A stretch of 32,000 nucleotides of DNA. Origin: Candidatus Kuenenia stuttgartensis (lineage in GTDB: Bacteria; Planctomycetota; Brocadiia; Brocadiales; Brocadiaceae). Each line of letters opens with the position of its first letter. Within the stretch, counting starts at the first letter, position 1. The notes under the pieces were generated by a model. That model was not told where the DNA came from. It worked only from the letters and a program-made list of their open reading frames with translations, and made no database searches. The position numbers and the translations under genes are program-made. Location: NCBI RefSeq assembly GCF_900232105.1, contig NZ_LT934425.1, forward strand, positions 90,001-122,000, read 5' to 3'. This document shows, piece after piece, positions 1-7,081 of this stretch.

Positions 1-1
1 T

Positions 2-502
2 ATGCAGACAGTAGTGCTAATATGCGAACATAGCAAAAGAGGGACATTGGGTTTAATATTAAACAAAACATTAGGGAAAAAAGGACAGGAAATATTTGTT
101 TCTTCTGCCAATACCAAGACAAAGGATAAAGAAATATTTTTTGGAGGCCCTGTCGATACAAACAATATGTTCTATCTTCACGGCAACTTTAAAAATGAAA
201 CACATAATTGTGTGAAAATATGTGAAGGGGTTTATTTAGGTTCAAATCAAGGATGTTTCAATGCGTTTATGTCTCGTAAAAATGTATCGGATAATATTTT
301 TCGTCTTTATCTTGGCTGTGCCTGCTGGTCGGGCGGACAGCTTGAATCTGAAATTGAGACGAAGTGCTGGACGGTGGGTACCGCAACTGAAAAAATGGTA
401 TTCTATCCTAGCCCGGATAATATATGGTGGAACATCTTACGTTCAATCAGCAGTATTGACCCTGAATTTCCCTATGATAATGCGGAACCAATACTGAACT
501 AA
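2..502 (+). CDS. YqgE/AlgH family (UPF0301) protein, N-terminus outside the window
   Basis: The ORF starts at the window edge. The translation has family-typical motifs: GTLGLILNK, FFGGPV and LGCACWSGGQLESEI (the GYAGW..GQLE.E-type motif). About 25 N-terminal residues seem to be missing. Confidence 0.6.
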   Translation: MQTVVLICEHSKRGTLGLILNKTLGKKGQEIFVSSANTKTKDKEIFFGGPVDTNNMFYLHGNFKNETHNCVKICEGVYLGSNQGCFNAFMSRKNVSDNIFRLYLGCACWSGGQLESEIETKCWTVGTATEKMVFYPSPDNIWWNILRSISSIDPEFPYDNAEPILN

Positions 503-547
503 AAAACATTAATATTGAAATTCCTAAACGTTCAATTAGGGCGGATT

Positions 548-575
548 GGCACGGACAAACTTGTTTGACCGTGCC
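548..575 (+). terminator. Candidate intrinsic terminator after the yqgE-like gene
   Basis: Near-perfect 28-nt palindrome ggcacggacaaac-tt-gtttgaccgtgcc lies 46 nt after the stop. A T-run (aattttta ttt) follows only after about 15 nt, so the call is weak. Confidence 0.3.
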
Positions 576-654
576 ACCTTGCAACGAATTTTTATTTAAA
601 ATGTATAAATCCTTATTATTCATCTTTTGAAAACCTTATTTGTGTGACGATAAA

Positions 655-1107
655 ATGAAAATTGCCATTGGATCCGACCATGCCGGTTTATGGTTAAAGA
701 AATCATTTATAGCACATTTTGATAAACCGGAGTACCAGTTAATTGATGTAGGCACATACAGTACAGAACCGGTAGATTATCCTGATTATGCAGAAGCGGT
801 TGGCAGAAAATTACTAGATGGGAGCGCCGATAGGGGTATTTTGATTTGCTGTAGTGGTGTTGGAGCTTCTGTTGCGGCAAACAAGATTCCTGGTATTCGT
901 GCCGGGCTTTGCCACGATACCTATTCTGCTCACCAGGGCGTGGAACATGATGATATGAACATACTTGTGCTTGGCGCATGTATAGTAGGATTAAAACTAG
1001 CCATTGAACTCGTCCAGTCATTCTTAGGCGCCACATTTAACGGAGAAGAACGTCACAAGAGAAGAGTAGGGAAAATTGAATCTATTGAAAAACGTTACAA
1101 AGGCTAA
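655..1107 (+). CDS. rpiB: Ribose-5-phosphate isomerase B
   Basis: MKIAIGSDHAG..., CCSGVGASVAANKIPGIRAG, HDDMNILVLG and ERHKRRV are typical RpiB/LacAB motifs. ATG at 655 is preferred over the TTG at 640 used by the ORF track. Confidence 0.85.
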   Translation: MKIAIGSDHAGLWLKKSFIAHFDKPEYQLIDVGTYSTEPVDYPDYAEAVGRKLLDGSADRGILICCSGVGASVAANKIPGIRAGLCHDTYSAHQGVEHDDMNILVLGACIVGLKLAIELVQSFLGATFNGEERHKRRVGKIESIEKRYKG

Positions 1108-1151
1108 TTACTTAAATTGTATTGTTTATGCTTCTATGAAAGGGGGGGACG

Positions 1152-1631
1152 GTGAATAATAACGTATTTAAACGTGCATGCCGCAATGTATTATTTATAA
1201 TGATGTTGTTTTTATGCTGTGAAACAACCTATGCCAATGAAATTAGCCGCATTAATCTTGATGATTTGGAAAATATTATTTCTGACAATAAAGGGAAGGT
1301 GGTTCTGGTAAATATGTGGGCAACATGGTGTCCATACTGCAGAAAAGAATTGCCAGGATTTAGCAGTTTACAAAAAAAATACAATGGCAAGATAGAAATT
1401 ATTGGGATTGCTTTCGATGAAAACGGTGATCAAACAGTACCGACATTTTTAAGAAAATGGAACGTAACATATACAAATTATCTTGCAGGGGAGGATCTTA
1501 CTTCAGGATTTAGTTTACTGGGATTTCCAACAACAATTATATACGATACAAACGGAAAAGAAGTTAACAAACACATCGGCTATGTATCAGAACAGGATTT
1601 TGAAAAAGAGATTAATGAAATATTGGAATAA
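1152..1631 (+). CDS. Secreted TlpA/ResA-like thioredoxin-fold thiol:disulfide oxidoreductase
   Basis: Hydrophobic N-terminal signal or anchor (VLFIMMLFLCC), the WATWCPYC active-site CxxC, and a thioredoxin-fold length. The start is GTG. Confidence 0.75.
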   Translation: MNNNVFKRACRNVLFIMMLFLCCETTYANEISRINLDDLENIISDNKGKVVLVNMWATWCPYCRKELPGFSSLQKKYNGKIEIIGIAFDENGDQTVPTFLRKWNVTYTNYLAGEDLTSGFSLLGFPTTIIYDTNGKEVNKHIGYVSEQDFEKEINEILE

Positions 1632-1793
1632 ATCTGATCTGCAGAGATTTTAAATATGAAATTGCTGGAGACGATGTAAAAGGGTTCTTCGCATATAATG
1701 GGATTGATATTGTTGGCGTTGTAAATGCCCAAGGGGCTGTTCCTTGTACAATTAGTTAACCAAAAATCGGGAATGCTCCTGTTGTTCAAACTA

Positions 1794-2053
1794 TGTCCCC
1801 CGCTGGCGGGGGTGCAGGGGGTGGACTGTATTTCTCCATCGATTCAACTACCCCTTTTATTATGAAAATAAATTTGACCCTCTTTCCCACGCCCAGCAGA
1901 CTGGTCAGATGGACAATTTTATCCTGTTTCGTGACATGCATTCCCGCAGAACGTAGGAATGAGAAGAAAAATTTATGGCTATTCATATTATAAACCTCCC
2001 GAATTTCCTTCGCAGACAATTCCACCCCCTTAATCCCCCGCCAGCGGGGGACA
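1794..2053. mobile_element. MITE-like non-coding element with about 31-bp terminal inverted repeats
   Basis: 1794-1824 tgtcccccgctggcgggggtgcagggggtgg matches the reverse complement of 2022-2053 (tgtcccccgctggcgggggattaagggggtgg). Each end contains its own CCCCCG-NNNN-CGGGGG hairpin. There is no credible ORF inside. A 25-nt perfect direct repeat flanks it at 1762-1786 and 2096-2120. Confidence 0.45.
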
Positions 2054-2136
2054 GGCTTGCAGCATTGTTTTGCCCCAATCACACAAACGGTTACAAAAAA
2101 TCGGGAATGCTCCTGTTGTTTGGGAATGCATTTGTT

Positions 2137-2757
2137 CGAGAAACTCCGGTTTCTCGCATGTTTGCGGATAGATAGGGAATAAAATCACAGGGTTAAAACA
2201 GTTTGTAATTTGTCAAGTCAGACCCTCACTGGAAACAAAGTTTCCAGTGCAATTGCGTTCTGATCTCCGATAGTTTAATAAATTACGCTGAATAGTTACA
2301 AGATCATTGCATGTCTTTCTTGCCTGGGTATTGTTGATTTCTGTATGCCGCGGCACAGACGATCGTTTGTTTTGAATTGGATTCCACCACCACTAATGAT
2401 GACTACCTTCTTGATAAATTCACATCCTTGCGGCCGTAAATGCTTCAGCAGATCATTGCGCTTCATACAACAATTTTTTCTTCCACATATCACTTCCTAC
2501 GGGAGCATTCCTGATTTTTGGAAAACAAAAATGCTCGTTCCCAAACTCCGGTTTGGGAACGTAATTGCGTTGGAAGCTCTAGCTTCCATTTAGCCGGCAA
2601 GCGAAGCTTCGTGTATTATTCGATTCAAAAGAGGTTTCCAAATATCTTGGGTAACATACTGAAAAGCCTCCAAGCTGACATCATGGGTTCATTCCCTTTT
2701 CCATTCGAAGCTGGAGCTTCTCAAACAATCCCGTTCCCAAGCCGGAGCTTTGGGAGC
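2137..2757. repeat. Cluster of REP-like short hairpin palindromes
   Basis: Hairpins seen: cgagaaac-tccg-gtttctcg (2137-2156), cactggaaac-aaa-gtttccagtg (2227-2249), gttcccaaac-tccg-gtttgggaac (2537-2560), ggaagct-ct-agcttcc (2572-2587), cgaagcttcg (2602-2611), gaagct-gg-agcttc (2707-2720), and an imperfect gttcccaagc..gctttgggagc (about 2733-2757). Confidence 0.5.
2296..2466 (-). pseudogene. hicA: hicA-family toxin pseudogene (frameshift plus in-frame stop)
   Basis: Frame 1 gives MKRNDLLKHLRPQGCEFI. A second frame gives EGSHH*WWNPIQNKRSSVPRHTEINNTQARKTCNDL. Together these resemble the HicA pattern (GC..REGGSH...NP...KRS.VPRH.EI...LA.KIC.DL), but joining them needs a frameshift and reads through a TAG. 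Confidence 0.5.
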
Positions 2758-2836
2758 GAGCGGTTTTTTTCACGGGAATGCATCCGTTAAGAATTATTGT
2801 AACACTTTGGTTTTAAAAAAAACGTATTACCGATAA

Positions 2837-3016
2837 GCTCCGTAGGAGCAACCTGTTTGTAGATAGAATACCATAACAGATCGTAGAGACAGGTTTGAAA
2901 CCTGTCTCTATAATCAGGAGCGGCCTGTCTTCCTGTCAATCATATACAGGCCGCTCCTACGGAGCTATTTACCTGTTGAATTTTATTGCGCTACAAACAG
3001 ACCGCACCCAAAGGGG
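2837..3016. repeat. Second hairpin and inverted-repeat cluster
   Basis: gctccgtaggagc (2837-2849) is the reverse complement of gctcctacggagc (2953-2965). aacctgtttgtag (2850-2862) pairs with ctacaaacag (2991-3000). There is a 12-bp stem hairpin tagagacaggtt-tga-aacctgtctcta (2884-2910) and a 12-bp stem ggagcggcctgt / acaggccgctcc (2917-2928 / 2946-2957). Confidence 0.45.
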
Positions 3017-3203
3017 CTACATTGTTTTTTATATCCCCTTGAATTTTTCAAATAACTAAGGTGTTGAGAATTATTTTATTAAAAACAACCCCCCCTTTTT
3101 CCCCCTTTATTAAGGGATACTTTTCTGGCAGGTTGCTTAACTTAATGACATTGGTTTGCAAACCTGAACCTGCCGGGAGTCGTGTGATGTTTATGCTGAA
3201 TAG

Positions 3204-3701
3204 TTACTCAAAATGGGAAAGAACTGACGTTGTAAGCAACCACTTTGGTGGTTTTTTGCCATAGGCACACACGGGATAACTACTCCACGGATAATCTGCC
3301 AACCGCCTGACTATTTTGGCTCGTAAAGGATTCCTGTGTATATAGCGGGAAAGACACATCTGGTATTCATCCTTTTCAACAAGAAAGGTTTTGAATCGTC
3401 CCTGGAAAAGGTGCCAAATTCGCTTGTGTTTTAAATTATACCGGTGCGTGTACGTAGTTCCAAACCATTGCATACATTGAAAAATATTGGGTTTATTGGT
3501 TTTGAGGAGTAAATGATAATGGTTATCCATGAGAACATAGGCATATACTTCAACCTCAAACCGTTCCTATATGTTTCCCAAAATATCGAGAAACGAAATA
3601 CGATCGTCATTGTCATGGAAAATATTCCTTCGCTCATTTCCCCGTGATAAGATGTGATAGTAAGTCCCCTTCAAATTCTATGCGCCATGGCCTTGTCATG
3701 G
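3204..3701 (-). pseudogene. REP-associated tyrosine transposase (RAYT, IS200/IS605 Y1-type) pseudogene
   Basis: Three frames are needed. They read MTRPWRIEFEGDLLSHLITGK*, then GNERRNIFHDNDDRISFLDILGNI*ERFEVEVYAYVL, then MDNHYHLLLKT...FQGRFK...YIHRNPLRA...YPWSSY. The HUH-type (HYHLLL) and YIHxNP motifs are typical of RAYT/IS200-like Y1 transposases. It has at least one frameshift and one internal TAG. Confidence 0.7.
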
Positions 3702-3783
3702 CAGCCAAGATATAAAAATTGCCTTTTATTATCAACAAATTAATCACCAATCAAGGTGTGACCCTCGCCCTTTTAATTGAAGC

Positions 3784-4427
3784 GTCTCAATCCCTTCTAC
3801 ATCAGGTCAATGATTTCCACCGACAAAATCAAGTACATAAGGAGCTGCTCTTTGGAGTCTCAATCCCTTCTACATCAGGTCAATGATTTCCACGCAATTG
3901 TGTCGGCGATGAGCTATTCCCGGTAACAATGACCGTCTCAATCCCTTCTACATCAGGTCAATGATTTCCACAAAATGGGTATGCTCCTCATCAAGCATTC
4001 TCAATCAAGGTTGTCTCAATCCCTTCTACATCAGGTCAATGATTTCCACGTGGAATGACGCGTGGCTTAGTAACAAGGACTGCGACGTCTCAATCCCTTC
4101 TACATCAGGTCAATGATTTCCACGGCAAACTGGAGGTGCTGGTCGGAGGGCAAAAGACACTGTCTCAATCCCTTCTACATCAGGTCAATGATTTCCACCG
4201 TTTAGTTGTATCGTGCGCGCGCACGGATACTTTTTTGTCTCAATCCCTTCTACATCAGGTCAATGATTTCCACGTATTAATATGTTAGACGGCGTTAACG
4301 AGGTATTTACCGTCTCAATCCCTTCTACATCAGGTCAATGATTTCCACAAAAGCACCTGCGATAGTAGCTAAAGCACCCGGCAACATAGCGTCTCAATCC
4401 CTTCTACATCAGGTCAATGATTTCCAC
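3784..4427 (-). CRISPR. CRISPR array 1: 9 identical 37-bp repeats, 8 spacers of 36-42 bp
   Basis: Plus-strand repeat is gtctcaatcccttctacatcaggtcaatgatttccac. Repeats start at 3784, 3857, 3935, 4013, 4087, 4162, 4237, 4312 and 4391. The strand is inferred from the conserved leader on the high-coordinate side. The transcribed repeat GTGGAAATCATTGACCTGATGTAGAAGGGATTGAGAC ends in ATTGAGAC, a typical 8-nt Cas6 5-prime handle. Confidence 0.97.
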
Positions 4428-4632
4428 AGCGGCATATGTAACTTTAGAATTAACAACTACTTGCAAGGCCATTTCCTGTAACCTCCACAATCTGTAATCA
4501 TTACACATCGAAATTTTCATCCTTTCCATTAAAAAATTGTCTTAACCTCTTAAAACACAATCGATTATGATTTTCCTGTAACCACCCCCTTTTTAGCTAT
4601 GTTTTAAAAATCCGCTAAATGCTTATCACACT
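4428..4632 (-). promoter_or_regulatory. CRISPR leader 1
   Basis: About 190 bp is nearly identical to the sequence abutting array 2 (19915-20115). It is AT-rich, lies directly between the cas2 stop and the first repeat, and contains tttcctgtaacc twice (4472-4483 and 4572-4583). Confidence 0.75.
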
Positions 4633-4908
4633 TTAAATTACGTATATATTTTCAATCTTTGAGACCTTTCCCTTTCCCATTACTTCTATCCTTTTTTCAC
4701 ACCCGGCACAAATAGAATAAATACGGATACTGTCGTCTTCTGCGATTATAATCTCCTGTATTCTTTTTATCATTTTGCCTAAAAGCTTCTCATCCAAAAT
4801 ACATTCAAATACACTATACTGCACCCGGTCGCCAAAGTCTTCCAGGATTTTTGCGAGCTTTGTCCTTCTTCTTGTTTCCGGAATATCATAGGAAACCAAA
4901 TAAAACAT
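4633..4908 (-). CDS. cas2: CRISPR-associated endoribonuclease Cas2
   Basis: 91 aa. MFYLVSYDI...RRRTKLAKILEDFGDRVQYSVFEC is the canonical Cas2 N-terminus. It starts 3 nt downstream of the cas1 stop. Confidence 0.9.
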   Translation of the reverse strand: MFYLVSYDIPETRRRTKLAKILEDFGDRVQYSVFECILDEKLLGKMIKRIQEIIIAEDDSIRIYSICAGCEKRIEVMGKGKVSKIENIYVI

Positions 4909-4911
4909 TGG

Positions 4912-5913
4912 TTATATCTCCATTACAAATGAAGTATAAGGAATATTATTTTGTATATGAGACGCTAAATTCTCCGCTTGTATGCGAAAACATTTTCTGA
5001 AGGTGGTGTTTTCTTTTTGTTGCGGATGAAGAAATTCCCTGTTTATCATTGTTTCATATTCCACAAAATACCGTTTCAATGGCTCTCGTTTCAAATACAC
5101 CCCTCCCGTACTCGGATTAGCATAGAAATCTTCCTCGCAAAATATCCGGTTATTGATAAGATTCAGGGTGATACGATCTGCAATGGGGGCACGAAACTCC
5201 TCCATCAAGTCAGACGCAAGGGAAGATCTGCCATAATCAATTCCATGATAATATCCAAGATAAGGATCAAAGCCCAGCCCGTCAAGGAGCGAGGATATTT
5301 CATTAAAAATCATCGTATAATTTAATGAAAGCAATGCATTCACGGGATCAGTTGACGGGTACTTTTTCCGTCCTGGAAAAGCAAATGCAGAAAGGATCAT
5401 TTTCCCAAAAGACGTAAAATATACCCTGGCGGCATTTCCCTCTATACCAAAAAGCTGGCTGATGTTCGCCGCTGATTCCACTTCATTTAATCGCAGGGAA
5501 AGGTCGTCCATTTCTACATCAAAGCTATTGCGGGGGTGATTATACGAAAACGACCGTACCAGTTGTATACAATTTTGTATCTTCCCGCAAACAATTACTT
5601 TTGCAAAAGCCAGCCGAAAGTCGTCATTCCAATATTGTTTAAACTGTTGAACACGAAGGGTAATATTTTTGGTGTAAGGGGAGGTTATCTGTCCAATGAG
5701 TTTCCCTGTTCTCGTGAGAATAGCCATTTCTATTCCATGCTCAAAGAGTTCGTGTACCGCTTGTGTGGTAAACTGTACATTTCCAAATATGAGAACGGCG
5801 TCTATTTTATGGCATTGCACTTCAAGAAGCACTTTGTCATCCTTTTCAATAATTAACCGGTCACCGCTTTTCCGTAAAATGGAATTCTGTTCAGTCAGGT
5901 AGAGGTTTGCCAT
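4912..5913 (-). CDS. cas1: CRISPR-associated endonuclease Cas1
   Basis: 333 aa. Cas1-like N-terminus (LYLTEQNSILRKSGDRLII), central GLGFDPYLGYYHG...SLASDLMEEFR, and the position next to cas2. Confidence 0.9.
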   Translation of the reverse strand: MANLYLTEQNSILRKSGDRLIIEKDDKVLLEVQCHKIDAVLIFGNVQFTTQAVHELFEHGIEMAILTRTGKLIGQITSPYTKNITLRVQQFKQYWNDDFRLAFAKVIVCGKIQNCIQLVRSFSYNHPRNSFDVEMDDLSLRLNEVESAANISQLFGIEGNAARVYFTSFGKMILSAFAFPGRKKYPSTDPVNALLSLNYTMIFNEISSLLDGLGFDPYLGYYHGIDYGRSSLASDLMEEFRAPIADRITLNLINNRIFCEEDFYANPSTGGVYLKREPLKRYFVEYETMINREFLHPQQKENTTFRKCFRIQAENLASHIQNNIPYTSFVMEI

Positions 5914-6839
5914 ATTTTCCCTTGCTTTCTTTGCTTAAAATAAACTTCAAGGTCTAATGGTTTTGGAAAGAACAACACCTTCCGTTCCTTCTTTGGCCGG
6001 TCGAAAGGCACCATGATCATACTCTTTACAAAAATAACTCCCAGGAATTTAAAACCCTGGTCAAAGTTAATCACCTGTTCTTCATCCAGTTCTAAAAGAA
6101 GTTTTTCCAATATTTTCTTTGTTAATTTGAGTGATTCTTTTGCCATTCCGGAATTTTTGCAAAGGATGATGAAATCATCTGAAAATCGCACAAGCTTATA
6201 TCCGTTACGAGTAAGTTCTTCATCGAATTCATCAAGATACAGATTTGCAAGAATCGGGGAGATGGGTGAACCTTGCGGAATCCCTTTTTTTAATGTGGTT
6301 ACCGTTTTTCCATCCCATACTTCACCTTTTAGCCAGAGCCCTACCAGGTTTTGAATACATGGATCGTGAATATAACATTTGAATTTTAACAGGAGCAATG
6401 AATAATCCACACTATCGAAAAACGCATCGATATCTGCATCCACAACCCACTGATAACCCTGTTCATAATACTCCCTGACTTTATAAACCGCCTGTTTTAC
6501 GGAACGGCCTTTCCGGTAGGCAAAGCTGCACTCTTCAAATTCTTTCTCAAGAACAGGTTCAATGAGTTGCAATACGGCTGCCTGTACTATCCGGTCTCTC
6601 ACTGAAGGGATGCACAATGCCCTGGCCTCTCCGTTTCCCTTATCAACCAGGATTCTTAAAAGAGGGAGAGGAAAGTACGTTTGTTCCGTAAGCTCCTTGC
6701 GCATAATTCTTAGATTCAGATCAAGGTTTCCCTCATAACGTTCGATAGTAACACCATCCGCGCCTGCACAACCGTGATTTTCCTTAACGGCATCAAAGGC
6801 GGAATATAACGCTGAGAGATTTAATGCAAATTCCTTCAT
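5895..6839 (-). CDS. Stand-alone group-II-intron-like reverse transcriptase associated with cas1
   Basis: RT motifs present: IPSVRDRIVQ, DADIDAFFDSV, GIPQGSPISPILANLYL, RFSDDFIIL (the YxDD position reads FSDD) and FLGVIF. ATG at 6839 is preferred; the ORF track uses TTG at 6845. The 3-prime end overlaps cas1 by 19 nt. Confidence 0.85.
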   Translation of the reverse strand: MKEFALNLSALYSAFDAVKENHGCAGADGVTIERYEGNLDLNLRIMRKELTEQTYFPLPLLRILVDKGNGEARALCIPSVRDRIVQAAVLQLIEPVLEKEFEECSFAYRKGRSVKQAVYKVREYYEQGYQWVVDADIDAFFDSVDYSLLLLKFKCYIHDPCIQNLVGLWLKGEVWDGKTVTTLKKGIPQGSPISPILANLYLDEFDEELTRNGYKLVRFSDDFIILCKNSGMAKESLKLTKKILEKLLLELDEEQVINFDQGFKFLGVIFVKSMIMVPFDRPKKERKVLFFPKPLDLEVYFKQRKQGKIWQTST

Positions 6840-6841
6840 AC

Positions 6842-7081
6842 TCAAAATGGGTCATGGTCAAATATGACAACATCACCGGTAACAGGTGATCGATATATCA
6901 ATTTCTTCGCTTTTCCGTGCAAAGCATGTGCAACCGCCAGGTAAAGCCAGACAGGGGCACTACCGGTCAAAATAACTTCGTCTCCTTCGCCGGCGAGATT
7001 CATACATTTGCCTAAATATTCATCTAAATTTGAAAGTTTAGCAACATTATCAAAAACCGTTGAGAGATCAATAATAATCAC
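6842..7081 (-). CDS. csx3: Csx3-like protein (Crn3-type cA4 ring nuclease family)
   Basis: 79 aa. VILTGSAPVWLYLAVAHALHGKAKKLIYRSPVTGDVVIFDH matches my recollection of the Csx3 core (V.SGRGPIWLH..LAH.....V..YDPRLG.VVV.SH). The GTG start overlaps the upstream stop (GTGA). Confidence 0.65.
   Translation of the reverse strand: MIIIDLSTVFDNVAKLSNLDEYLGKCMNLAGEGDEVILTGSAPVWLYLAVAHALHGKAKKLIYRSPVTGDVVIFDHDPF

Noticed and set aside
1786-3264. Track ORFs 1580..1789, 1786..2082, 1793..1993, 1975..2175, 2345..2593, 2518..2790 and 3061..3264
   Set aside because: They run through hairpins, inverted repeats and the MITE-like element. Their peptides (PPPAGD, SIPDFW, PVWERN) are repeat-derived, they overlap each other on both strands, and none shows a family motif. 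Only the hicA remnant within 2296..2493 was kept.
4055-4288. Track ORFs inside the CRISPR arrays (4055..4288, 19041..19238, 19126..19317, 19460..19684, 19500..19769, 19772..19984), with reiterated SQSLLHQVNDFH / LNPFYIRSMIST peptides
   Set aside because: They are translations of the 37-bp repeat in different frames and are not genes.
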